This document shows positions 9,629-19,227 of a stretch of 64,000 bases of DNA, piece after piece. Origin of the DNA: Vulcanimicrobiota bacterium. GTDB lineage: Bacteria > Vulcanimicrobiota > Vulcanimicrobiia > Vulcanimicrobiales > Vulcanimicrobiaceae. The stretch spans positions 1,696,001 through 1,760,000 of the forward strand of contig OY968762.1 in NCBI GenBank assembly GCA_963695225.1, in the 5' to 3' direction. Every line of letters starts with the position of its first letter. Positions within the stretch are counted from its first letter, which is position 1. The position numbers and the translations under genes were made by a program. The notes below the pieces were generated by a model. The model was not told where the DNA came from and made no database searches. It saw only the letters and a list, made by a program, of their open reading frames with translations.

Positions 9629-9666
9629 CAATTTACATTGCGACAAATGTCGCACGCAAGAGTGCG
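9629..9666 (-). promoter_or_regulatory. Conserved promoter/operator block, copy 2 (TGCGA-N6-TCGCA at 9639-9654)
   Basis: caatttacatTGCGAcaaatgTCGCAcgcaagagtgcg, near-identical to 5599-5636. Confidence 0.7.
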
Positions 9667-10119
9667 ATTCACATAGCGTTCAGGAATTTCTGTATCTCCC
9701 ATGGAATTAGGTGCGCCTACAATTTCATGTTGCCAAACAAGAGCGGCGCAATATGATTGACCTAACACCTGAGTGTCCCGATCCTGCAATGGCCGCGCAA
9801 GTGTCGCCCTTCGACGAGTTCGGGTGGCGCGGGGAGCAGGCGAAATTGACGAAACACACTCCATCGAGTTCGCGCGCGCTACGCCGCGCGAACGCGTTTG
9901 CGACGCGGTCACCGCGTTGCGCTCGTGTGCGCTTCTTCCGGCATTGCGATAAAAGTCGGGCCGCTCGCGCACGTCGACGTTGGGGATTCGTCAAAGGCAT
10001 TTCGGCCTTCTTCACTACTTCGTGACTTTGTGTGAATCTGCGAGTTAGGATTTCGTTGTGTTCCTTTCTGCCGGGGAGGTAGATTGTTTGAAGGCCATCT
10101 CTTGCACCGGAGCGGCGTC

Positions 10120-11253
10120 ATGAACGCTCGCTGGTCATCGATCATAGCGGTAGCCGCATTCGCTGCCGCCGCCGCACCCGCCGCGGCGATGCCGAATTTC
10201 GCGCAATCGTACGGACTCGATTGCAAAGCTTGTCACACGGCAGTCCCCGCGCTCAACGCCTACGGCCGCTACGTGCAGCGGACCCAATATGCCGCGCTCG
10301 ATCCGGCAACGGTCAACAAGGCCGTTCCTATTTGGGTCGGCGAGAGTGCGACGTACGATTCATCGGCGGGCCCACCGTACAAGACGGAGTTCGGTAACCT
10401 CGAACTCCACGCCGACGGTTTTGCAGGAAACGACGTCACGTTCCACATCCAGCAGTGGCTGGTGCAGGGCGGCCAACCGGGCGGCCTGGACACGGCGTGG
10501 TTCTCTTATAACAATTTGTTCGACGGCAAGGGCCACATCGTGCTCGGCAAGATGCCGGTGCCGAGCCCCTCGTTCTTCGGCTTCTTCTCCGATCTCTCAC
10601 CGTTCGGACCGCCCGGGGCGGCGATCGGCGAGCACGCGTTGACGCTCGACGCGAATCTTTGGGGCGCGAAGTTCGCCTATACGCCGCTCAACTACGTCGC
10701 CGAGATCGGTTGGTACGGCAGCGACGCAGACCTCAACGGGGCCACCGACTTCGCGCCTCCGACCGGCAGAAGCGTTCAGTGGCGCGCCGCCTACGCGAAT
10801 CCGAAGAAGCCGTTCGAAGCCGGATTCTACGGAAGCTTCGGCAGGTATCCGCTTTCGACGGGCAACCTGGATCCCTACAGCCAAGTCGGCGTCTACGCGC
10901 AGCGCGATCCGGTCGGCGAAGTTCCCGGCGTCATCGCGCTGTACCAAACGGGCAACGACGGGGATGCCGGACTCGACGGCAGCGGCAATCCGCTCGGCGC
11001 CGCGCACAGTTCCGGTTACAGCGTCGGCCTCTACCGGCCGATCTTCAAGCACTGGGAGAACATGCTCTCGGTCCGCGGCGAGATGCTGAACGACGGGCTC
11101 GGAAACGTCACGCACGGCGGCAACATCGATTACACGTTCCGCATCTACAAGTACTTGCACGCCTTCGTCGAGGCCGGCCTAGCGCAGAACTCGACGCCGG
11201 CGTGGCGCTACCAACTCTGGTGGACCACTCCGGTCGTATATAAAACGCACTAA
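10120..11253 (+). CDS. Cyc2-like monoheme cytochrome c-porin fusion
   Basis: Signal peptide then MPNFAQSYGLDCKACHTAVPALNAYGR..Y, matching the Cyc2 N-terminal pattern PxFAxxxGxxCxxCHxxxPxLxxxGR; remainder is beta-strand rich. Confidence 0.75.
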   Translation: MNARWSSIIAVAAFAAAAAPAAAMPNFAQSYGLDCKACHTAVPALNAYGRYVQRTQYAALDPATVNKAVPIWVGESATYDSSAGPPYKTEFGNLELHADGFAGNDVTFHIQQWLVQGGQPGGLDTAWFSYNNLFDGKGHIVLGKMPVPSPSFFGFFSDLSPFGPPGAAIGEHALTLDANLWGAKFAYTPLNYVAEIGWYGSDADLNGATDFAPPTGRSVQWRAAYANPKKPFEAGFYGSFGRYPLSTGNLDPYSQVGVYAQRDPVGEVPGVIALYQTGNDGDAGLDGSGNPLGAAHSSGYSVGLYRPIFKHWENMLSVRGEMLNDGLGNVTHGGNIDYTFRIYKYLHAFVEAGLAQNSTPAWRYQLWWTTPVVYKTH

Positions 11254-11274
11254 CTCCACCCTCGAACGCTCATG

Positions 11275-11310
11275 GAACGGCCCGTCCCGAAAATCGGGGC
11301 GGGCCGTTTC
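11275..11310 (+). terminator. Terminator hairpin after Cyc2-like gene
   Basis: gaacggcccgtcccga-aaa-tcggggcgggccgtttc. Confidence 0.55.
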
Positions 11311-11327
11311 CGTCCGGCGCTCGATCC

Positions 11328-11537
11328 TCAGTGGACCGGGAACGCTATCCTCTCCCGGTCGTCGGCGGCGTCGAGCACCTCCATCGCGGCTGCGCGGCCG
11401 ACTGATTCGTCGTCGTCGGACGTTTCCGGAGCGAGTGCCTCGGTTTCGTCCTCGTAAAGATCCGCGGGATGCAGATTGACGACGAGCGGAACGTAGTCGT
11501 ACTCGAGAAACCTCCGGCGTCGTGCAAATCCGAACAT
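11328..11537 (-). CDS. Small acidic hypothetical protein
   Basis: ATG 11537 preceded by GAGGTG; 69 aa; no recognised motif. Confidence 0.4.
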   Translation of the reverse strand: MFGFARRRRFLEYDYVPLVVNLHPADLYEDETEALAPETSDDDESVGRAAAMEVLDAADDRERIAFPVH

Positions 11538-11636
11538 AAGACACCTCGCCTGTCGGGAAAACACGGGGGACTCAGTAGAGGCCTCCAACACGGAATTATA
11601 CACCATTTCTATGAAGTTTCCGTGAAAAATGTTTTC

Positions 11637-12329
11637 CTAGTGAGCGATCAGCCTCGCGAGCATGAAAGCGACGGCGGCGGCGAGGCCGCCGATCCCGGCC
11701 GCCTGCACGCCGCTGAGCAACGGCGATTGACCGGTCAGCTTACCCTTGAGCGCGCCGAACGCGAACAGCGCGAGCAGCGTCATCCCCGCCGAGAAGAGCA
11801 GGGCCCGAGAAACGTCGTGGACGATCAGGTACGGAGACAGCGGAATGACGCCGCCGAGAATGTACGAGGCGCCGATGGTCAGCGCGCTGACCGGCGCCCG
11901 GCGCTCGTCCGGCGGCTCCAGCCCGAGTTCGAAGCGCATCATGAATTCGACCCACGTCTTCCGGTCGCGCGTGATCGCCCCGACGAGGTCGCCGAGCGGC
12001 TTCCCCTCGATGCCGTAGGCCGCGAAGATCCGCTCGACCTCGGCCCGCTCTTCCTCCGGGATTTCATGGGTCTCTTCGACCTCCCGCCGGTACTCGGAGG
12101 CGTAGTGGTCGGAATCGGTCCGCGCCGCGAGGTAGCCGCCCAGGCCCATCGCGATCGCACCGGCCGCGATCTCCGCGGCGCCCGCCGTAAGAATGAGCGA
12201 GGTCCCGGCCGCCGCCCCCGAGACGCCGGCGGCGAGCGCGAACGGGACCGTCAAGCCGTCGGACATCCCGATGACGACGTCGCGAATCGTCTGGGACGAA
12301 CGCACGTGGGTTTCCGGATGAAGATGCAT
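11637..12329 (-). CDS. VIT1/CCC1 family Fe/Mn transporter
   Basis: IRDVVIGMSDGLTVPFALAAG, AGAIAMGLGGYLA, FMMRFELGLE. Confidence 0.92.
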   Translation of the reverse strand: MHLHPETHVRSSQTIRDVVIGMSDGLTVPFALAAGVSGAAAGTSLILTAGAAEIAAGAIAMGLGGYLAARTDSDHYASEYRREVEETHEIPEEERAEVERIFAAYGIEGKPLGDLVGAITRDRKTWVEFMMRFELGLEPPDERRAPVSALTIGASYILGGVIPLSPYLIVHDVSRALLFSAGMTLLALFAFGALKGKLTGQSPLLSGVQAAGIGGLAAAVAFMLARLIAH

Positions 12330-12400
12330 CGAGGCGCCTTCGACGCGGCAGGTTCCGCGATCATCTTGCCCAAGCCGCCGCTCATGAGCGCGGGACCGTA

Positions 12401-13372
12401 ATGACGCTATCCGCCATCACCGACGTCGCCGGAATCGGCGTCGGTCATTTCACCGAGAGCCGGCGCCCGACCGGCTGCACCGTGATCCTCGCAGAGGGCG
12501 GCGCGATCGGCGGCGTCGACGTGCGCGGCGCCGCTCCCGGCACGCGCGAGACCGATCTCCTGCACCCGACGAACCTCGTCGACCGCGTGCATGCCGTCGT
12601 CCTCTCGGGCGGAAGCGCGTTCGGCCTGGAGAGCGCGAGCGGCGTGGTGCGCTATCTGGAAGAGCGCGGGGTCGGGCTCGAGACCGGCCCCGCGCGCGTG
12701 CCGATCGTCCCCGCCGCCGTCCTCTTCGATTTGGCGCTCGGGGATGCGTCGATCCGGCCGGACGCCGCCGCCGGTTATGCCGCCTGCCTCGCGGCGAGCC
12801 GCTCGGCGCCCGGCCAGGGGAACGTCGGCGCCGGCGCGGGGGCGACGGTCGGCAAGCTCTTCGGGATGGAACGGGCGATGAAGTCGGGGCTCGGAACGGC
12901 CTCGCTCGCCGTCGACGGGTTCACCGTCGGAGCGATCGTCGCGGTCAACGCGATCGGCGACGTCGTGGATCCCCGTAACGGACGGACGCTCGCCGGCGCA
13001 CGCACGGCCGACGGCACGGGCATGCTCGCGACGACTGCGGCCCTCCTGCGCGGCGAAATCCCGCCGCTCCTAGGCGCCGGGACCGCGACGACGATCGGCG
13101 TCGTCGCAACCGACGCGTCGCTCACGAAAGCACAGGCGCAGAAGATCGCGCAGATGGCGCACGACGGCCTCGCGCGGACGATCGAACCGGTCCACACGAT
13201 GTTCGACGGCGACGCGATCTTCGCGCTCGCCACCGGCACGGCGGAGAGGCCCGGAAACGTGACGCTCCTCGGGATCCTCGCCGCCGAAGCGCTCGCGCTC
13301 GCCGTCGTCCGCGCGGTGCGCGCGGCGGAAGGGATCCCTGGCCTCCCGGCCGCGCGCGACCTCGAGCGCTGA
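12401..13372 (+). CDS. DmpA/P1 (S58) family peptidase
   Basis: ITDVAGIGVGH, DVRGAAPGTRETDLL, LSGGSAFGL, TTIGVVATD, HTMFDGD. Confidence 0.9.
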   Translation: MTLSAITDVAGIGVGHFTESRRPTGCTVILAEGGAIGGVDVRGAAPGTRETDLLHPTNLVDRVHAVVLSGGSAFGLESASGVVRYLEERGVGLETGPARVPIVPAAVLFDLALGDASIRPDAAAGYAACLAASRSAPGQGNVGAGAGATVGKLFGMERAMKSGLGTASLAVDGFTVGAIVAVNAIGDVVDPRNGRTLAGARTADGTGMLATTAALLRGEIPPLLGAGTATTIGVVATDASLTKAQAQKIAQMAHDGLARTIEPVHTMFDGDAIFALATGTAERPGNVTLLGILAAEALALAVVRAVRAAEGIPGLPAARDLER

Positions 13373-13376
13373 GCCG

Positions 13377-14168
13377 TCAGCTCTTCTTCGGGTACTCGCC
13401 TTCGCGAACCGCGGCGGCGTAGGCGCCGAACGCCGCGGCGGCGGCCGAGCCGAGTTCGCCGAAACGGCGAACGAACGGCGGAGCGTGCTCGTAAAGCCCG
13501 AGCAAATCGTGCATGACGAGCACTTGCCCGTCGCAATGCGGGCCGCTGCCGATGCCGATCGTCGGGATCGGAATCGCTTCGGTGATCTCGCGCGCGAGAT
13601 CGGCGTCGATCATCTCGAGGACGACCGCGAAAGCTCCCGCGGCAACGGTCGCATGCGCATCGGCGAGGAGCGCTTCGCGCCCGGCTTGACGCCGGAAGCC
13701 GGTGCCGAACGCGGCGGTCTGCGGCGTGACGCCGATGTGCGCGCAGACCGGTATCCCCGCCGCGACGATCGCCGCGATCCGCGAGCGCATCCGCACTCCA
13801 CCCTCGAGCTTCACGCTCGTCGCGCCGCCGTCTTTCACGAGCGCGACGGCCGAGCGGACCGCAAGCTCGTCGCTCGCCTCATACGCTCCGAACGGGAGAT
13901 CGACGATGACGTGCGCGCGCTTCGCGCCGCGCGCCGCGGCGGCTCCGTGGCGGAGCATGTCGCCGAGCTCGACGGAGGCGGTCGATTCGAATCCGAGGAC
14001 GACCATTCCGAGCGAATCGCCGACGAGGACGACGTCGATCCCGGCGCTCTCCGCGAGTCGTGCGAACGGCGCGTCGTACGCCGTCACGACGGGGAAAGCC
14101 GCTCCTTTTCTCCTACCGATCGCGGCGGCAGTCGGGCGCGCGTTAGCCATGGCTTGATGGGAGCTCAT
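13377..14168 (-). CDS. panB: 3-methyl-2-oxobutanoate hydroxymethyltransferase
   Basis: TAYD, LVGDSLGM, DLPFGAY, VKLEGG, IPTIGIGSGPHCDGQVLV. Confidence 0.95.
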   Translation of the reverse strand: MSSHQAMANARPTAAAIGRRKGAAFPVVTAYDAPFARLAESAGIDVVLVGDSLGMVVLGFESTASVELGDMLRHGAAAARGAKRAHVIVDLPFGAYEASDELAVRSAVALVKDGGATSVKLEGGVRMRSRIAAIVAAGIPVCAHIGVTPQTAAFGTGFRRQAGREALLADAHATVAAGAFAVVLEMIDADLAREITEAIPIPTIGIGSGPHCDGQVLVMHDLLGLYEHAPPFVRRFGELGSAAAAAFGAYAAAVREGEYPKKS

Positions 14169-14233
14169 TGATACTCATGCCGCGCGCTTCGACGCCGCCG
14201 CGCGCGCGACCACCCGGAAACGCGAAGGCGGCG

Positions 14234-15415
14234 TCAGGCGACTTCGAACAGCCCGGCCGCGCCCATCCCGCCGCCGATGCACATCGTGACGACGACGTAG
14301 CGGACGCCGCGGCGCTTCCCCTCGATCAGCGCGTGCATCGTCATTCGCGCGCCGCTCATCCCGTACGGATGGCCGATCGAAACCGCCCCCCCGTCGACGT
14401 TGAAGCGGTCGTTCGGGATGCCTAGGCGGTCGCGGCAATAGACGGTCTGGACGGCGAACGCTTCGTTCAATTCCCAGAGCCCGATATCGTCGATCGTTAG
14501 GCCGTGCCGCTCGAGCAGCTTCGGAACCGCGAAGACCGGGCCGATCCCCATCTCACCGGGCTCGAGCCCGGCGAGCGCGAGCCCGCGGTAGAACCCGAGC
14601 GGCTGCACGTTGCGCTGCTCGGCGAGCTTCGCATCCATGATGACGACCGCGGCCGCGCCGTCCGAGAGCTGGCTCGAGTTCCCGGCCGTGATCGTCGATT
14701 GCGGGCCGAGAACGCCCTTGAGCGCCGCCAGGCCCTCGCGCGTCGTGTCGGGGCGGTTCCCTTCGTCCTTCGCGAGCGTGAACGGCTTTTCGCGGACCTC
14801 GCCCGTCTCTTTGTTCTCGACGCGCATGTACGTTTGCAGCGGGACGATCTCGTCGTCGAACTTCCCCGCAACTTGGGCGGCGGCCGTGCGCTGTTGGCTC
14901 TGCAGCGCGTATTCGTCTTGTGCTTCGCGCGTGACGCCGTACCGCTTTGCGACAGTGTCGGCCGTCTGCAGCATCGGCAGCCACAGATCCGGATGCCGGC
15001 GCATCAGCCATTCCTCGGTGAACCCCTTGAGGTTCATGTCGTTCTGCACGCGGCTGATCGATTCGCACCCGCCGGCGACGACGACCGAGGCTCCGTCGAC
15101 GATGACGCGGTGCGCCGCGGTCGAGATCGCCTGCAGGCCCGAGGCACAGTAGCGATTGATCGTCGTCCCGCTCACCGAGACGGGGAGCCCGGCGCGCAAC
15201 GCGGCATTGCGCGCGAGATTGTGGCCGGTCGCGCCCTCGGGCAGGCCGCATCCGATGACGACGTCCTCGATTTCACCGGGGTCGACCTTCGCCCGGCCTA
15301 CCGCGTGTTCGATCGCGTGCCCGGTCAAGAGTGCGCCGTGGGCCATGTTGAAGGCTCCGCGAAACGCTTTGCCGATCGGCGTACGCGCGGCCGAGACGAT
15401 TGCTGCTTCTCTCAC
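14234..15415 (-). CDS. Acetyl-CoA C-acyltransferase (thiolase)
   Basis: [31 protein letters not shown]. Confidence 0.95.
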   Translation of the reverse strand: MREAAIVSAARTPIGKAFRGAFNMAHGALLTGHAIEHAVGRAKVDPGEIEDVVIGCGLPEGATGHNLARNAALRAGLPVSVSGTTINRYCASGLQAISTAAHRVIVDGASVVVAGGCESISRVQNDMNLKGFTEEWLMRRHPDLWLPMLQTADTVAKRYGVTREAQDEYALQSQQRTAAAQVAGKFDDEIVPLQTYMRVENKETGEVREKPFTLAKDEGNRPDTTREGLAALKGVLGPQSTITAGNSSQLSDGAAAVVIMDAKLAEQRNVQPLGFYRGLALAGLEPGEMGIGPVFAVPKLLERHGLTIDDIGLWELNEAFAVQTVYCRDRLGIPNDRFNVDGGAVSIGHPYGMSGARMTMHALIEGKRRGVRYVVVTMCIGGGMGAAGLFEVA

Positions 15416-15418
15416 TGG

Positions 15419-17521
15419 TTACGTGGCCTTCCGATAGCTGGAGAACGGTGCGTTCGTTTGCGCGAGCGTCGCGAGCAGCGGCGCCGGCTCCCAGACCGGG
15501 CCGAAGCGCTCCTTGAACTCGAGGATGCGTTCGTAGATCTTCTTCGTTCCGACGGAATCCGCGTACCACATCGGCCCTCCGCGGTGCGGCGGGAATCCGT
15601 AGCCGAAGATCCACACGATGTCGATGTCGCCGGGGCGCAACGCGATCCCGTCTTGCAGCAGGCGCGCGCCGCGATCGATCAGCGGATAGAGACAGCGTTC
15701 GAGGATCTCGCCCTCGGAGATGCGGCGGCGTTCGATCCCGAGCACGCGCGATTCTTCGAGCAACAGCGCTTCGAATTCAGCATCGGGGATCGCGTCGCGC
15801 TTCCCCTTCTCGTACTTGTAGTAGCCGGCGCCCGTCTTCTGCCCGTACCGCCCGGCGCGATAGAGCCGGTCGACGAGCCGTGACGGACGCCCGACGGTTT
15901 GCGGGTGCTCCTGTTCGATGCGCCACGACACGTCGACGCCTGCGAGATCGAACGTCCGGAACGGCCCCATCGCGAAGCCGAAGCGCTCGAGTACGCCGTC
16001 GACTTCCTGAGGCAACGCGCCCTCTTCGATCAAGTACGTCGCCTCGCGAGCGTAGTCGAAAAGCATGCTGTTGCCGATGAACCCGAACGCGTTTCCGGAG
16101 AGGACGCCGGTCTTGCGCAGCGTCTTCCCGACCTTCATCGCGGTCGAGAGCGCGACGGGCGAGCTTTCCTTGCCGCGGACGACTTCGAGCAGCTTCATGA
16201 CGTTCGCGGGGCTGAAGAAATGCATCCCTACGACGCTACCCGGACGGCTCGTCGCGCTCGCGATCTCGTCGACGTCGAGCGTCGACGTGTTCGTCGCGAG
16301 AATCGCTTCGGGCTTGAGCGCCGCATCGAGAGCGCGGAACACGGCTTTCTTGACGTCCATGTTCTCGAAGACGGCTTCGACGGCGAGATCGACGTCCGCG
16401 ATCGCGGAATAATCGCCCTCGAACGAGACCAGTGCTTCGCGTTTGGCCGCATCGTCCTTCGAGAGGCGCCCTTTGGCGACTTGCCCCGCAAGCGTCTTCG
16501 CGAGCGTCTCCTTGCCGCGGACGAGTTGCTCGGGCTGGACGTCGAGGACCGTTACCGGGATCCCCGCGTTCGCGAACGTGATCGCGATGCCGGTCCCCAT
16601 CGTCCCGGCGCCGACGATCGCCGCCTTCTTCACATCCAGCGGCACGGCGGGCGCAAGCCCCGGAATCTTCCCCAGTTCGCGCTCTGCGAAGAAGATGTGC
16701 ATCAGCGAGCGCGCCTGTTCGCCCACGACGAGCTCTTCGAAGAACCGATACTCGCGGGCGAGGCCCTGCGCGAACGGCAACTGCGTCGCGGCTTCGACGG
16801 CATCGACGAGCTTGTGCGCAGCCATGCCGCCTGCCGCTTCGGCCGGGACCATCTTGTGCGCCCAGGCGACCATGAACGGCAGCACGGAGGCGCTCATCTC
16901 GCTGACGCGCCGCTTCGGCTTGCTCGCGATCCACGCGTCGAGCTTGCCGAGCGCCGCCTCGACGACGTCCCCGTCGGCGACGGCATCCAGCACGCCTTGG
17001 AGTTTCGCCGCATCGGCGGCGACGTTGTCGCCCTTGAGCATCATCTGCATCGCAAGCTGGGGGCCGATCAAGCGCGGCAGGCGTTGCGTCCCGCCGGCGC
17101 CGGGGATGAGCCCGAGCTTGATCTCGGGGAAACCGAGCTTCGAACGCTTCGTCGCGATGCGATAGTCGCAGGCGAGCGCGAGCTCGCTCCCGCCGCCGAG
17201 AGCGTTGCCGTCGATCGCGGCGACGAACGTCTTCTTACTCCGCTCGATGCGCGCGATCAGATCGCGCACGTTCTTGGCGTCGGCCGGCGGCGGTGCGAGG
17301 AATTCCGTGATGTCGGCGCCGGCGGTGAACAGCCCGTTCGCGCCGGTGACGACGACGGCGCGAACGGCGGGATCGGCTTCGAGCGCATCGCAGGCCGCGA
17401 TGAACGCGGCCGAGAGCGCGAACGAGAGCGCGTTGACCGGCGGGTTGTCGAGCGTCAGGATCGCGACGCCGTCGCGGACCTCGCCGCGCACGAGCGGGGA
17501 GTTCGTGATCGTTTGGCTCAT
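15419..17521 (-). CDS. Enoyl-CoA hydratase/3-hydroxyacyl-CoA dehydrogenase (FadB/FadJ-like)
   Basis: NPPVNAL, ALGGGSELALACD, GAGTMGTGI, ATNTSTL, GMHFFSPAN; start probably ATG 17521. Confidence 0.93.
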   Translation of the reverse strand: MSQTITNSPLVRGEVRDGVAILTLDNPPVNALSFALSAAFIAACDALEADPAVRAVVVTGANGLFTAGADITEFLAPPPADAKNVRDLIARIERSKKTFVAAIDGNALGGGSELALACDYRIATKRSKLGFPEIKLGLIPGAGGTQRLPRLIGPQLAMQMMLKGDNVAADAAKLQGVLDAVADGDVVEAALGKLDAWIASKPKRRVSEMSASVLPFMVAWAHKMVPAEAAGGMAAHKLVDAVEAATQLPFAQGLAREYRFFEELVVGEQARSLMHIFFAERELGKIPGLAPAVPLDVKKAAIVGAGTMGTGIAITFANAGIPVTVLDVQPEQLVRGKETLAKTLAGQVAKGRLSKDDAAKREALVSFEGDYSAIADVDLAVEAVFENMDVKKAVFRALDAALKPEAILATNTSTLDVDEIASATSRPGSVVGMHFFSPANVMKLLEVVRGKESSPVALSTAMKVGKTLRKTGVLSGNAFGFIGNSMLFDYAREATYLIEEGALPQEVDGVLERFGFAMGPFRTFDLAGVDVSWRIEQEHPQTVGRPSRLVDRLYRAGRYGQKTGAGYYKYEKGKRDAIPDAEFEALLLEESRVLGIERRRISEGEILERCLYPLIDRGARLLQDGIALRPGDIDIVWIFGYGFPPHRGGPMWYADSVGTKKIYERILEFKERFGPVWEPAPLLATLAQTNAPFSSYRKAT

Positions 17522-17539
17522 CCTGGGCAACTCCATTTC

Positions 17540-17557
17540 ACTTGCATTTCGCAAGCG
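17540..17557 (-). promoter_or_regulatory. Putative operator CTTGC-N5-GCAAG upstream of fadB-like gene
   Basis: Palindrome shared with 20445-20462. Confidence 0.5.
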
Positions 17558-17627
17558 ATTTCTTGGGCAAGCCTCAACCGGCTCCTGCATCCGAGCCCGT
17601 CAGCCTCACTAGGCTGGAATGCAGGTA

Positions 17628-17683
17628 GCGTCCGGGTCGGGGCAGGCTTCCCCGCGGGGGAACCGCGCCCCGAACCCGGACGC
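17628..17683 (-). terminator. Long GC hairpin after GDSL lipoprotein gene
   Basis: gcgtccgggtcggggc...gccccgaacccggacgc inverted repeat. Confidence 0.45.
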
Positions 17684-17706
17684 GGGCCCCGCGGGAAAGC
17701 GACCGG

Positions 17707-19227
17707 CTAGTGGGGCGAGTAGAGGTCCGTCGCGTTGATCGCTTGGATCTGCGCGTCGGTGAGCGGAGCGATTCCCGCAGAAAAGCTCGCGTTCAGTTTC
17801 GCGATCACGACGTTCGCGATGAGCGCGTAGCCGGTGTCGGACGGGTGCAGCCCGTCGAGGCTGGTGAGGCCGCCGCCGTACTGCAGCGCGCAGCACTTCG
17901 GGTTGCCCGAGAGCGGGATGTAGTACTGCGGGTTCGCGCTCGTATACGTGAGGAAGAACGCGTGCAGGTCGACGAGGGCCGCTCCGGTCGCCGCGCTCGC
18001 GCTCGCGATCGCCGCGTTGTAGGCATCGTTGAGTTGCTGCGTCTTGACGGCGACCGCGTCGGAGACGAAATCGCCGGCGACGAGCGTTGCGGCCGGCGAC
18101 GAGAGCGCGGTGAGCGCCGGCGCTCCGCCGAGAATCGCCGTGAGCGCGCCCTTGAGTTTCCCGGTCCCCGTGAGCGTCAGGTAGCCCTGCGTCCCGAGAC
18201 CGTACGTCGCTTGGAGGAACGCCTGAACCTGAGCGCCGAGCGCGGCGCCTTGCGCCGCCGCCGTCGCAGCGGGAACGCCGTTCGCAATCAGCGTTTGCGT
18301 GATGATCGCCGGGATCGCCGCAACCGGCGTGAAATACGGCGCCTGCAGCACGTTGAAGAGATTCAACACCGCAACCTTGGCGCCGGCGCCCTGCAGCGTC
18401 GTGATCGCCTTCGTGACGTCCGTGCCGAACGCGGCCGGATCCGTCGGCGGGAAGCCGCCGTTGCTGCCCGCGAACTTGAGGAGATCGTTACTCCCAAGCC
18501 AGATCGTCGCGAGGGTCGGGTGCAGCGAAGCCGCTGCTTGGAGTTGCGTCGTCCCGGCCGGGAAGTTCGCGAGAACGGGGTAGATGTTCAAGTTCTCGCT
18601 GCTGAGCGCGCTTGCCAGACCCGCCAGCGGCCCGAGCGCCGCATTTGCCGGGTCCGTGCACGCGCTCGTCGGCTGATACGAATACAGCGCCTCGTGCGTC
18701 AACTGCCCCGGGACCGCGACGTCGAGCGGGGTCGCCGTCGGATTGAGGCGCAATCCGAGGGCCGTGGAGTACGAATACGCCGCGCCCTCCTGCCCGCAGA
18801 CGCTCGCGACGATCGAGGTCAGGCCTCCGGCCGTCGCCGGGAGCAAGATCTGCCCGAGGCCGGGCGGCTTCATGAGCGGGAGCGGCGATTTCGCCGGGTC
18901 GAGCGGATCGGCGCCGCCGTTCGCCTGGGACCAGACGCGCGCGTACCAACCGTGCCCCTGCGTGTTCGGCACGACGGGGAAGAGCGACGCTGCCCCGAGC
19001 GGGTTCGGGGCGATCGTTACGCCGAGGAGCGCGCCCGACTGTTGTCCGGCCGTCAGGCTATCGCCGACGCCGACGAAGCGCGACATGAGACCGCTCGCCC
19101 CGACTCCCGTGATGTTGCCGGGGGCGGGCGCCGGGGGCGAAGAGGCGCTGCTGCAAGCAGCGAGCGCGGCGACCGCCGCAGCGGCGAGCAGGCGGGAAAG
19201 AGAGCTAGCCATCAACCGTCCCTTCAT
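17707..19227 (-). CDS. SGNH/GDSL hydrolase lipoprotein
   Basis: Lipobox ALAAC; blocks GVGDSLTAG, LGSND, DGLHP; ATG 19227 overlaps upstream stop. Confidence 0.85.
   Translation of the reverse strand: MKGRLMASSLSRLLAAAAVAALAACSSASSPPAPAPGNITGVGASGLMSRFVGVGDSLTAGQQSGALLGVTIAPNPLGAASLFPVVPNTQGHGWYARVWSQANGGADPLDPAKSPLPLMKPPGLGQILLPATAGGLTSIVASVCGQEGAAYSYSTALGLRLNPTATPLDVAVPGQLTHEALYSYQPTSACTDPANAALGPLAGLASALSSENLNIYPVLANFPAGTTQLQAAASLHPTLATIWLGSNDLLKFAGSNGGFPPTDPAAFGTDVTKAITTLQGAGAKVAVLNLFNVLQAPYFTPVAAIPAIITQTLIANGVPAATAAAQGAALGAQVQAFLQATYGLGTQGYLTLTGTGKLKGALTAILGGAPALTALSSPAATLVAGDFVSDAVAVKTQQLNDAYNAAIASASAATGAALVDLHAFFLTYTSANPQYYIPLSGNPKCCALQYGGGLTSLDGLHPSDTGYALIANVVIAKLNASFSAGIAPLTDAQIQAINATDLYSPH

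Noticed and set aside
9574..10226. Several short ORFs in the polyferredoxin/Cyc2-like intergenic region
   Set aside because: They show no coding-like composition or motifs and overlap the regulatory elements.
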